From the IMG/VR virus record IMGVR_UViG_3300044849_000009, positions 1 to 38,040 of that record: a DNA stretch of 38,040 bases; one strand, given 5' to 3'. Positions 25,100 to 33,029 of this stretch are shown here, piece by piece; position 1 is the first letter of the stretch, and the number at the start of each line of letters is the position of its first letter. The position numbers and the translations under genes were made by a program. The notes under the pieces are model-generated. The model saw nothing but the letters and a program-made list of their open reading frames with translations, made no database searches and was not told where the DNA came from. Origin of the DNA: a virus (lineage: Duplodnaviria > Caudoviricetes).

Positions 25100-26595
25100 G
25101 ACCGTAACTCCATGCCAGCGGCAATCATGCGCTTGATCTGGCGCAACGACTCGCGCACTTGCCGATCAAGGTTCTCACCATCGAACATGCGATCAAGAAT
25201 CTCGTCAATATCGCTGAAGCCGAGAATGCTCAGCAACTTACCAGCGATTAGCCGTTCATCGGGTAAGAATGGCGCGGCGTTCATCACGGCTTGCGTATCG
25301 GCTACGGGGTCGATTTCGATGATCGGTGGATACGAGACCTGTACCGTGGCGTTGATCTCAGCATTCCACAGTACTGATTCAAGTGCATCGTCAATCGTGA
25401 TTGACCCTTTGGCGGCTAGCTTGCCCTGTGGCGCTTTGACGGCTTGCAGAATCACATAGCCTGCGATATCACTCAGCACCATTGCCCACCACCCTTGGAT
25501 CGCCTTCATCATGAGTTCTGTTGGACGATCTAAGGATCGGGCTGTGGCCAAGCTGCCTGATTGCGAATCACCAAAGAACGTTTCAGGTAAGCCCACGCTC
25601 GCCGCGACCATGAGCAGTAAACGCCGCCCATCTTCCATGCTGGTCGTTGCGCCTGCGGTCTTGACTGGCTCCCAATCAACTTGGCCGCTTGTGACTAAGG
25701 TACTGCCAGCAACGGGTGGGGGGTTGCGCTCGGTGTCGGTTGTGTTCAAGGTGCTGGTAATGCGACTCTTGACGGCTGCGACTTGGCGTGACCCGCCTTG
25801 TACTTTGGCTTTGAAGGCAAACGTCGCCAAGGCCCGTGTAATCGTGGCCCAATCTTCAAGGAATGATTTATAAGCCCGTGCCCAGTCGATACCGCTATAA
25901 ATCTCAGATAATCCAAACTTCCAGTTACTGTACCCACCCGTCTTGGCGTGGTAGATTGGCGCATCCCATTCCACGGGTATATTCATCAGTACATCAGGCA
26001 TGGATTCAGGGCTATAGCGCCAGTCAGGGTACAGCGCCGTCCGTTGCGACGTTGTGCCGTCGAGTTCTTTTTGTGTCCATTGGCGCTTGTAGTACCAGAC
26101 TTCGGCAGCATCGTCAGGATTCGATAGCACCTCGGTAATCTCTTCGAGGGCAATTGACCGCACGCGCACGCGACCAGTCATTGGGTTGGTAAACAGCACA
26201 AAAAATAAATTGCCATCGGTTTGGCGTTCGATTTCGTGTTGCTGCAACGCTTGATCGCCCGTGAGCACTAATTGATTTCTAGCATCGTCCCAAAACGCTT
26301 GGAGTACGGCGTTGATGTCGGGGTCTGCCACACTGACGTTCACACCTTGAGCGAATACGTAATTCTTGATGACTTGCACGCCGCGCTTGATAATCGGATT
26401 CTTGATCGCCATGATGCGCGATAGTTCAGCAATGTCGTTGATCTCATTTTTCTCGAATTGATCAGCCTCACCACCGAGGCGCAACCAGCCAACGTCCTCG
26501 CGGCTCAATTGCAATTCAGCACTGAGCGCGGCATAGCTTTCTTGCAGACTTGCTAAGGTCTCGCTAATAGCTGCTAATTGTGGCTCGCTGGTCAT
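25096..26595 (-). CDS. Portal protein
   Basis: 499 aa between the large terminase and the gpF-like gene; DGNLFF and GLPETFFGD..SLATA. Confidence 0.88.
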   Translation of the reverse strand: MTSEPQLAAISETLASLQESYAALSAELQLSREDVGWLRLGGEADQFEKNEINDIAELSRIMAIKNPIIKRGVQVIKNYVFAQGVNVSVADPDINAVLQAFWDDARNQLVLTGDQALQQHEIERQTDGNLFFVLFTNPMTGRVRVRSIALEEITEVLSNPDDAAEVWYYKRQWTQKELDGTTSQRTALYPDWRYSPESMPDVLMNIPVEWDAPIYHAKTGGYSNWKFGLSEIYSGIDWARAYKSFLEDWATITRALATFAFKAKVQGGSRQVAAVKSRITSTLNTTDTERNPPPVAGSTLVTSGQVDWEPVKTAGATTSMEDGRRLLLMVAASVGLPETFFGDSQSGSLATARSLDRPTELMMKAIQGWWAMVLSDIAGYVILQAVKAPQGKLAAKGSITIDDALESVLWNAEINATVQVSYPPIIEIDPVADTQAVMNAAPFLPDERLIAGKLLSILGFSDIDEILDRMFDGENLDRQVRESLRQIKRMIAAGMELRS

Positions 26596-28057
26596 AGATG
26601 ACTACCTCTTGATCTAATTCGCCTTGGTAGGCCAGTGCCAACCGATTGTATGCGCCGCTCAATGTATCGACTTCGTCTGCCCCGCCGTGGGGGAATAGCT
26701 CAATGCGTTCGAGAAACTGTTGATTCCACTCGCCGCGTACCACTTTAATGTTGCCAGCCTCCCAGCTGTCGCTCACTGGTTCGGCTCGTACTTCCTTGCT
26801 ACCAGTCTCCCGCTCCGTCTCTACTGGGTAGCCTGCCAACATTTGATGGAAGTGGGTGGCTGATTCCACCCCTGCCGCGCCTGGGTCTTGCGGCCCAACG
26901 ATTAGCACCGTGTTGTGATACTTGGCCGCGTCCTTGGCTGCCGTCTCGCGAATCAAGCGATTCCGCTGGTGTGGCGCGAGTTGGGCTGCTACATAATCTT
27001 CGATGTAGAACGTACCGCCGACCCGTGCCATGAGCAGCCCCACTGTCCAGTCGCCGCCGCCGTCCGTTGCCGCTAAGTCCCATCGGCGTACCCGTTGGGC
27101 CATCCATGGCGATTGCGCTACATACTGCACGTCGCCGATCTGGAACATCGATCCGGTTGCCGCCTTCGGGTCTTGCTGGTACAAGGCGCGAAACTGGCGG
27201 GGGTTCAGCTTTTGGCGCTTCTGCAATGTTGCTGCGCTAAACCGTGATTCCCAAAGCGCCTCACCGCTGCCGTTTTCGCGTGGGTCGCCTAGCATCAGGT
27301 CAACCGTACCATCGGCGAGAGCTGGCAGCCTTAGCACTGTCCACTCACCGCCGTCCTTCGTTTCGCCTTCGATCGACAAGAGCCAGCCGCATAAATCCAT
27401 GGGATGCCAGCGCGTCTGTGTGATCAGTTGACTTGAGTCGTTGTGCAAGCGCGTCAGGAAAACGCTGCTATACCAGTCTTGCACTGCCATGCGAACCGTG
27501 GCGCTCATAGCCTCTTGATAATCCTTGTACGGGTCATCAATACTGCCAACATCAGCCGGAAAGCCTGTCAATCCGCCTCCAACCCCTGCACAGCGGTATT
27601 GACCCTTATGACCAACAATCTCGAAAATGTCGTTATTGCGCAGGTATGACCCTGACTTCGTTCGCACGTTGTTGTTGTTCAGGCTGGTCTTTGGATACAG
27701 TGCGCGGTATTCGTCACTGTCCATCAACCGTTGGACTGAGCGATTCATGCCTTGAATCAATTCGGCGGCATAGCTCGCGGCGATCATCTTCGTGTTGGGC
27801 CTATCGCCGAAGATTTTGGCCGGAGCCTTGCGACTGACTAACTCGCTCTTGCCGTGCTGTGGCGGTGTCCAGACCATGAGCTTCTTGATCTCGCCAGCGA
27901 TGAACCGATCAAGCGTGTCGCAGATCAAGGCATGATGCCAATTCATCTGGTACACCGGATCGGTATAGGTGGCGAACTTGGCCATACCACGCCGCGCAAA
28001 GCGTCGCTTAAGCAGTTCCGTCGCCGCCTCGGCTGGCGATAGCGAGTAGTTGGTCAT
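26564..28057 (-). CDS. terL: Terminase large subunit
   Basis: PPQHGKSE Walker A, IDDPYKD Walker B, QTRWH, LYQQDP, nuclease WDLAA..D. Confidence 0.95.
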   Translation of the reverse strand: MTNYSLSPAEAATELLKRRFARRGMAKFATYTDPVYQMNWHHALICDTLDRFIAGEIKKLMVWTPPQHGKSELVSRKAPAKIFGDRPNTKMIAASYAAELIQGMNRSVQRLMDSDEYRALYPKTSLNNNNVRTKSGSYLRNNDIFEIVGHKGQYRCAGVGGGLTGFPADVGSIDDPYKDYQEAMSATVRMAVQDWYSSVFLTRLHNDSSQLITQTRWHPMDLCGWLLSIEGETKDGGEWTVLRLPALADGTVDLMLGDPRENGSGEALWESRFSAATLQKRQKLNPRQFRALYQQDPKAATGSMFQIGDVQYVAQSPWMAQRVRRWDLAATDGGGDWTVGLLMARVGGTFYIEDYVAAQLAPHQRNRLIRETAAKDAAKYHNTVLIVGPQDPGAAGVESATHFHQMLAGYPVETERETGSKEVRAEPVSDSWEAGNIKVVRGEWNQQFLERIELFPHGGADEVDTLSGAYNRLALAYQGELDQEVVIYDQRATISSY

Positions 28058-28448
28058 CGGTTAGCTCACTTGTTTGCTGAACGCGAATTGGTTCGCCACC
28101 TGGGCCACTCAGTTCTGAGCGTTGTACGGGCTTACCCCACAGGCGATTGAATAGTTCTTGAATCGCTTCAAACTCGCGACCCTTGATCAACTCGCCAAGT
28201 TGCTCTAGGGCGACTGGCAGTAGTGGTGCGAGCGCTTCGATAGGACTAGATACCCAACTCATTTGCAGTTCAGCAATGGCTTCATTGATTAAGTCCATAT
28301 CCCACTTCGCCGCTGGCGTTGATCGGTTAATTCCTGCTACTTCAGCAGCTTGGGCGACGGTCTTGCCTTGGGCGCGAGCAATAACAAAAGCCCGCTGAGT
28401 TGCGGTTAGTTCGTTGACTTTCGTTAGTTTTTGCTGACTTTCACCCAT
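28008..28448 (-). CDS. terS: Terminase small subunit
   Basis: N-terminal HTH (TVAQAAEVAGINRST), ELSGPGGEPI, LTDDQL; directly upstream of terL. Confidence 0.85.
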   Translation of the reverse strand: MGESQQKLTKVNELTATQRAFVIARAQGKTVAQAAEVAGINRSTPAAKWDMDLINEAIAELQMSWVSSPIEALAPLLPVALEQLGELIKGREFEAIQELFNRLWGKPVQRSELSGPGGEPIRVQQTSELTDDQLLAIASRGGDGTA

Positions 28449-28450
28449 AA

Positions 28451-28528
28451 CTACCGTCCTAAATCAAAACACGCCCAAATGAACCAACCGTAGACCGCTG
28501 CCATGTATAGCAGCGCCAGCCAGATCAT
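28451..28528 (-). CDS. 25-aa hydrophobic peptide coupled to the endolysin (not in ORF track)
   Basis: TAATG overlap with the amidase stop; MIWLALLYMAAVYGWFIWACFDLGR fills the gap to terS. Confidence 0.55.
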   Translation of the reverse strand: MIWLALLYMAAVYGWFIWACFDLGR

Positions 28529-29244
28529 TACGCCACCTTGCGAACCGTTGACCGATGCACGAACCCCAGGCCATCGGCACTGTGCAACCAGATATTGTCG
28601 CCGCCGATGGCTTGGCCAGTCTTGATGCTATCGGCACTGAACTGGTGGCGCTGCGGATAGACCGCTGCAATGCCCGCTGCCGTGGTTGGAGCCTGACGAA
28701 CGTTGGCCGAATCCGTAACCACTTCATAGCGACCCGTCAGGTCATCACGCCATGCAATTAAGCGGCGCTTCAAGTGCGGCCCTGGGCATGCACTCTGCGG
28801 TCTGCCGTCGCTGCGTGGCCACTCGAAGTGTCCATAGATGCGATTGCGGGCGATATTCCACCGCTCGTGCATCCACGCAAAGACTTCAATCGCGCTTTGC
28901 CATTGCGGCTCCGTTGGTTGCTGGTTGCCGCCGATCGGGATATGAATGCTCATGCTGTATTCATTGCCCTGCGCATTCCCGCAATGCCACAGGATGGCAT
29001 CGAAGTTACGACATTGCAGAATTTCGCCACTCGGCATGATGGCTAAGTGATATTGCAGGCCATCGGCACGAAGATATGGCCCCATGTGATACTGGGCATC
29101 AATCACTAATTGATCGTAGGGATCGCGATACACCGGAGGCCCGTTGTAGTGCAGGCTGGCGCTCGTGGGGTTGCCAATACGTGTCCCAATTGACCAGCTG
29201 GCACGAGGCAGTTTATGACGATAATCAGTGATGAGAATGCTCAT
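28528..29244 (-). CDS. Endolysin: N-acetylmuramoyl-L-alanine amidase with an SH3-like cell-wall binding domain
   Basis: LHYNG, YHLAI..G, WHCGN..GN, IYGHFE..ACPG; C-terminal ANVRQAP...GFVH. Confidence 0.92.
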   Translation of the reverse strand: MSILITDYRHKLPRASWSIGTRIGNPTSASLHYNGPPVYRDPYDQLVIDAQYHMGPYLRADGLQYHLAIMPSGEILQCRNFDAILWHCGNAQGNEYSMSIHIPIGGNQQPTEPQWQSAIEVFAWMHERWNIARNRIYGHFEWPRSDGRPQSACPGPHLKRRLIAWRDDLTGRYEVVTDSANVRQAPTTAAGIAAVYPQRHQFSADSIKTGQAIGGDNIWLHSADGLGFVHRSTVRKVA

Positions 29245-29672
29245 GCCTGGCCATCCTTGCGCTCAATCGATTCAAGCGCCTGGTCAATCAGATCAGGCCG
29301 TTGACTGTGGTCTTTGGTCTGCTCGGCTAAGACTTGCATCACACGCCGGAGCGGAGCAGGCATCGGAACCCCCAGGAGCGCTGAGTTTTCGGTAATGCTC
29401 AGTAATTCAGACAAACAAAAACCGATGGCAATGGTTTCAGCCACCGGAGCGTTGCCGATGAAGCGCTCAAGAGCAGCGCCGATCATCACAAAAATTAATT
29501 CCATGGCCTTGCGGCGCATGCCCTTGCCGTTGACGCTGCTGGTAATCTTGCCGGATTGTCCCGCGAGCAGCATGCCTGTAATGACATCACAGGCCATTAA
29601 AAACAACAGGGTGCCGAGGGTGGCGTTATTCGTATACCATGCTTGCAGCCATGCCATAATCTGATCCCACAT
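29241..29672 (-). CDS. Holin (phage holin 4 family-like)
   Basis: DVITGM, SS...KGMRRK, ELLSITEN..LGVPMP. Confidence 0.92.
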   Translation of the reverse strand: MWDQIMAWLQAWYTNNATLGTLLFLMACDVITGMLLAGQSGKITSSVNGKGMRRKAMELIFVMIGAALERFIGNAPVAETIAIGFCLSELLSITENSALLGVPMPAPLRRVMQVLAEQTKDHSQRPDLIDQALESIERKDGQA

Positions 29673-29706
29673 AACAGTAGCCTATATAAAGTGATAGCTC
29701 ATGCAG

Positions 29707-29715
29707 AGTATAGCA
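29707..29715 (-). promoter_or_regulatory. Extended -10 promoter for the late (lysis/structural) operon
   Basis: TGCTATACT about 35 nt upstream of the holin ATG; no consensus -35. Confidence 0.55.
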
Positions 29716-29737
29716 AATGGCATGGTTCAAAACTTAA

Positions 29738-30046
29738 TCAAACCGCTCTAGGAGTGCGCTGGCGACGGTAACGTCGATCATCGCAGCGCTTGCATAAGCG
29801 GGCATGGCGGCGCAGGTTTTCACGGCCACAGGCATGACAATACCGTGTTGGTACTAATGGTGGCGCAACGTCGCTAATGGCAATTCTGCCGAGGCTTTGA
29901 CTGATGAAATAGTCAAACAGCGCCAGCACGCGGCTTGGCTCGTCGCGCAGGCAGCGCAGTAAAGCCGTTTGTTGGCGGTCGAGTAGGTAGGCGTGGTGTT
30001 CTGTCCAGAGGCGGTCGAAGATGTCGGTCAGGGTAGCAGTGGGCAT
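29738..30046 (-). CDS. Hypothetical protein with a C-terminal zinc ribbon (candidate late regulator)
   Basis: GGAG RBS; CHAC...CKRC and an Arg-rich tail; lies just before the late operon. Confidence 0.7.
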   Translation of the reverse strand: MPTATLTDIFDRLWTEHHAYLLDRQQTALLRCLRDEPSRVLALFDYFISQSLGRIAISDVAPPLVPTRYCHACGRENLRRHARLCKRCDDRRYRRQRTPRAV

Positions 30047-30120
30047 GGTCGTTGGCTCCGCTAGGTTGATCTAGCGCAGTTGCGACCATGCACACAAGAG
30101 AGGGCGGCTACCCCACTCGT

Positions 30121-30129
30121 AGTATAGCA
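30121..30129 (-). promoter_or_regulatory. Extended -10 promoter for 29738..30046
   Basis: TGCTATACT, identical to the element upstream of the holin. Confidence 0.5.
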
Positions 30130-30239
30130 TAGTCTCTTGACGCGGTATAGCGGTGTTGTTGGCTGTAATTGACCTAACAATGTGATATAGGTTGCATTTT
30201 GTACTGAACGTTATAGTATTTGAGGTGGGTCTAATAACC

Positions 30240-30420
30240 TGTGGATAAAATGTGGACAGTTCATAATTAGTAACATCTTTATTGAGATATTGTTTCATTA
30301 TGGACTTAAAATGGACACAGTGGACAGTGTTAATAGCATTTTCCGGTTAACGCTTAGAAAATACCCTTTTTAAGGGGTTAATGCCAAAATCGCTAAAACA
30401 CTGTCCACCCTGTCCACGTG
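30240..30420. other. Candidate replication origin with convergent GTGGACAG iterons
   Basis: GTGGACAG at 30252 and 30320, variants at 30241, 30300 and 30311, inverted CTGTCCAC at 30401 and 30410; AT-rich and non-coding. Confidence 0.7.
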
Positions 30421-30490
30421 GTATATGGTATAAATCGGGCTTAATTTGGGCTGATCTGAAAAGGTATAGAAGAAGTGGTATGGAAGAAGG

Positions 30491-30799
30491 CTACATGTAG
30501 GTTGCAGTAATTGCGCGTAGACGTATTTCAATCTTGGCAAGCTGCTCTGGTGTGAGCGCATCCAAGGCGATACTGAAGCGCTCGCTCGCGCTGGCTTCTT
30601 GGCGCTCTAATTCGTTAATGCGAAGTTGCGCGGCGATGAGTGCACCGATCAACTCTTCAAACGAAAGGTTTTCAACTACACCGTCGCTGGTACGATGCTC
30701 GGTATCAGTGTACAGCGCTTCGAGTACATGCTCTAGCCATGGCTCAGCATCGTCAGGGCTGATATTGGCTTGCAATTGTTCCTTCGTAAAGTCTTGCAT
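30491..30799 (-). CDS. Acidic helical hypothetical protein with its own promoter (probably lysogen-expressed)
   Basis: GGGGGA RBS before ATG 30799; downstream of a consensus promoter. Confidence 0.75.
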   Translation of the reverse strand: MQDFTKEQLQANISPDDAEPWLEHVLEALYTDTEHRTSDGVVENLSFEELIGALIAAQLRINELERQEASASERFSIALDALTPEQLAKIEIRLRAITATYM

Positions 30800-30811
30800 A
30801 AAATCCCCCAG

Positions 30812-30871
30812 ATACACGAAAACGCCCCACTAGCACCAGCCAGCAGGACGTTTTCAGATAGGTAATTGCAT
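30812..30871 (-). ncRNA. Putative small RNA / leader with a 5' seed complementary to both switch-gene RBSs
   Basis: 5' end UGCAAUUACCU, then a hairpin GAAAACGUCC...GGGCGUUUUC (30855-30818). Confidence 0.5.
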
Positions 30872-30875
30872 AAGC

Positions 30876-30904
30876 AATATACCCCACTAGTCCTAACATG
30901 TCAA
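30876..30904 (-). promoter_or_regulatory. Near-consensus sigma70-type promoter
   Basis: TTGACA (30904-30899), 17-nt spacer, TATATT (30881-30876). Confidence 0.85.
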
Positions 30905-30911
30905 TAGCCAT

Positions 30912-31148
30912 TTAGCTATATAAGAGCGTGCCAGATTGGCCTAATAATATGTGCTGAATATCCGTATAGGCAACCCCTAGCGCGTCAAGCCACTTTGCAA
31001 GATTCTCAATACTTGGCTTGGCCTCGCCCGCCTCCCACTTCATCAACTGTCGTGTTGATACATCCATACGCCGCGCTACTGCCTCTTGCGTAAAACCGAG
31101 CTTTGCGCGTCGATGGCGCATGTAGGTTCCGAGTCCGTTCGATTCCAT
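30912..31148 (-). CDS. XRE/CI-like HTH repressor (78 aa, no peptidase domain)
   Basis: RRAKLGFTQEAVARRMDVSTRQLMKWEAGEAKPSIENL; divergent from the early operon. Confidence 0.92.
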   Translation of the reverse strand: MESNGLGTYMRHRRAKLGFTQEAVARRMDVSTRQLMKWEAGEAKPSIENLAKWLDALGVAYTDIQHILLGQSGTLLYS

Positions 31149-31202
31149 TGCAATTACCTCGTGTTGTCATTGTTGCGATCCTTACACCTCACAGCTTCTA
31201 AA

Positions 31203-31401
31203 GTGAATTTTCGTTCACGACCTATTGTACATGAAGTCAACTACCTTGTATAGAAGAACGTGCGTTCGTGAATCGCAATTCATCCCCCGAAAAATAGTAC
31301 CAAGATAGTACCAATAGCCTAGTGTATGTGAATCATCGTTCGTGTATTATACAGCACATGAACATAAGTTCACGAGCGACAAAACACGAATGATAGTTCA
31401 T
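31203..31401. promoter_or_regulatory. Switch region with six 16-bp palindromic operators (approx. RYGAAY-N4-RTTCRY)
   Basis: Copies at 31203, 31254, 31268, 31328, 31358 and 31386; candidate rightward -10 TATTAT at 31345-31350. Confidence 0.85.
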
Positions 31402-31414
31402 GAGGTAATTGCAA

Positions 31415-31930
31415 ATGGCTACTTCAAAAACCGCAACCAAGACCAAAAAGGCCGCTGAACCAAAAACCAGCACCATTGAAAAAGACGTTTCCTTACCATT
31501 CCACGCCGATCACTGCATGGTCTTGACGGTCAAAACCGTAATGACCAAATACCCCAAACAAAAAGCCACCTTCGAGTATGAGTTATTCATCAACAACGTT
31601 TACAAAGGCTTCACACTGGACATCGACTCAGCCGCCCAGCGCTTATATGAGTTGGCGCGGATTGAGATCCACGAACGCCGCATGCTGGCAGAGGCCGCCG
31701 AAGCTATCCGCCAACGCGCTTTGGTCGAGCTTGAGGCAGCCGCTGGCGTACCTGAAGCCGTGGCTGAACTGCAACCCAAGCCAAATTACACCATTGAATA
31801 CAACCGCGTAACCAAAGACTTCGACCTGCTTGTTATCGGCGGTATCGAACCGCTGCATAGCGCAGGCAGCTACTTGGAGGCCGAGACCTATGCACGAAAA
31901 CACTTCAACCTTGACCCGCTCCCATTTTGA
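31415..31930 (+). CDS. First early gene; two small beta-beta-beta-alpha-like units
   Basis: GAGG RBS before ATG 31415; Lys/Thr-rich N-terminus. Confidence 0.8.
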   Translation: MATSKTATKTKKAAEPKTSTIEKDVSLPFHADHCMVLTVKTVMTKYPKQKATFEYELFINNVYKGFTLDIDSAAQRLYELARIEIHERRMLAEAAEAIRQRALVELEAAAGVPEAVAELQPKPNYTIEYNRVTKDFDLLVIGGIEPLHSAGSYLEAETYARKHFNLDPLPF

Positions 31931-32090
31931 TCAGTTCATCAAACGCCAAGGCGCGACCCGCGACGAACAAGCGCAGCGCCTTGGTATCACCCGCCGACAG
32001 CTTCAGAAGTTACTGAAGCGACCGCCAAAGTTACGCTACCCGATTGAGTTTTATCAAGCCCTCGCAGCCGATGCAGCGAGCCAGAACTAA
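31890..32090 (+). CDS. Cro-like HTH protein
   Basis: GGAGG RBS; TRDEQAQRLGITRRQLQKLL, with a recognition helix similar to the repressor (RQLxK). Confidence 0.8.
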   Translation: MHENTSTLTRSHFDQFIKRQGATRDEQAQRLGITRRQLQKLLKRPPKLRYPIEFYQALAADAASQN

Positions 32091-32106
32091 CGAAGGAACG
32101 AACACC

Positions 32107-32370
32107 ATGAACACCAACGACATCTACGTCAACTACACCAGTCATTCAGGCTTTGTCGTATTCGCAGGTCGCTACCAGATGGCCCAATGCGATACCCAAG
32201 CCCAAGCCGCCCACGCTCAGCAATCCATCGTGATCAAACACGGTAGCGCCTGGCTAATCATCGAAAACCGCACCGCTGGATTCTATGAACTGATCAAGGA
32301 CGGTGGCCTGTACAGCACGCATAGTGACCACGCGGTACTAGCTGGCATCATCGAGCGAGGCCGCAAATGA
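32107..32370 (+). CDS. Hypothetical early protein
   Basis: AAGGA RBS before ATG 32107. Confidence 0.75.
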   Translation: MNTNDIYVNYTSHSGFVVFAGRYQMAQCDTQAQAAHAQQSIVIKHGSAWLIIENRTAGFYELIKDGGLYSTHSDHAVLAGIIERGRK

Positions 32371-32453
32371 TCATCGTGTACAGCGCCTTGATCGGCCTGT
32401 TGGTTCTGACGTTTGGCTTATGGCTTGTTATCAAAACAGGGAGTGGCAAATGA
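32367..32453 (+). CDS. 28-aa single-TM peptide (not in ORF track)
   Basis: GAGG RBS; ATGA overlaps both sides; MIIVYSALIGLLVLTFGLWLVIKTGSGK. Confidence 0.7.
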   Translation: MIIVYSALIGLLVLTFGLWLVIKTGSGK

Positions 32454-32596
32454 GTTTCAACATCGTTCAAATCAATGGCCTGTGGCACGCCGTGTTTACC
32501 AACGGCCACCAAACCGAAGGGTTTCATAACGCCAACATGGCCTACGGCGCAGCCAACGCCTACATCGTCAGTGAATCAATCAAGGCTGGCAAGTGA
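32450..32596 (+). CDS. 48-aa early protein (not in ORF track)
   Basis: GGGAG RBS; coupled; MSFNIVQINGLWHAVFTNGHQTEGFHNANMAYGAANAYIVSESIKAGK. Confidence 0.7.
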   Translation: MSFNIVQINGLWHAVFTNGHQTEGFHNANMAYGAANAYIVSESIKAGK

Positions 32597-32718
32597 TGAA
32601 AATCAAGACCGCAACGTGGGACGACATGACGAAGCCGCCAAAGCGCAAGCCACGGCCCAAGCCACAGGCAACAACAACGACGGTAGTAGTAGAGAACTTT
32701 GTAGCAGGCGCACGATGA
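32596..32718 (+). CDS. 40-aa basic early peptide (not in ORF track)
   Basis: TGATG coupling; MKIKTATWDDMTKPPKRKPRPKPQATTTTVVVENFVAGAR. Confidence 0.6.
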   Translation: MKIKTATWDDMTKPPKRKPRPKPQATTTTVVVENFVAGAR

Positions 32719-32837
32719 TCACGCAAGGGTCAGACGGCTATTGGGAAGTCTACTGGAACGATGTTTATTTTACGCATTTTCTACACCGCGAGGACGCAGA
32801 AGCATGCTTGAAGCAACTACAGAAGCGAGGCAAGTAG
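32715..32837 (+). CDS. 40-aa early protein
   Basis: ATGA coupling; MITQGSDGYWEVYWNDVYFTHFLHREDAEACLKQLQKRGK. Confidence 0.7.
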   Translation: MITQGSDGYWEVYWNDVYFTHFLHREDAEACLKQLQKRGK

Positions 32838-33020
32838 ATGGAATTTGAAATCAGCGACTGGCGCGACAAGAAATGGGTTTTATTTTTCGGCGATAGCGAT
32901 ACCGGAACATTATTTTTTGAGAGCAGACAGATTGGTCCATTCGACAACGAACGCGAGGCTATTGAGTTTATCGAACGCGAGACGGGCGGCAAGATCAAAT
33001 CATCAACCCGCGTTGATTAG
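32838..33020 (+). CDS. 60-aa acidic early protein
   Basis: GAGG RBS; abuts the upstream stop; GPFDNEREAIEFIE. Confidence 0.75.
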   Translation: MEFEISDWRDKKWVLFFGDSDTGTLFFESRQIGPFDNEREAIEFIERETGGKIKSSTRVD

Positions 33021-33029
33021 CTCGCACCA

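Noticed and set aside
12663-29046. Many plus-strand ORFs of 60-141 aa opposite the structural genes
   Set aside because: Antisense shadows of well-supported minus-strand genes, without recognisable motifs.
30071-30561. Track ORFs 30071..30298 and 30370..30561
   Set aside because: They overlap the AT-rich iteron region and promoter, and have no protein features.
31203-31401. CRISPR-like mini-array
   Set aside because: The repeats are degenerate 16-bp palindromes with irregular spacing between divergent genes, which fits operators; no cas genes.
32475-32714. N-terminal 80 aa of track ORF 32475..32837
   Set aside because: Better explained by coupled ORFs 32450..32596 and 32596..32718; the real start is probably ATG 32715.
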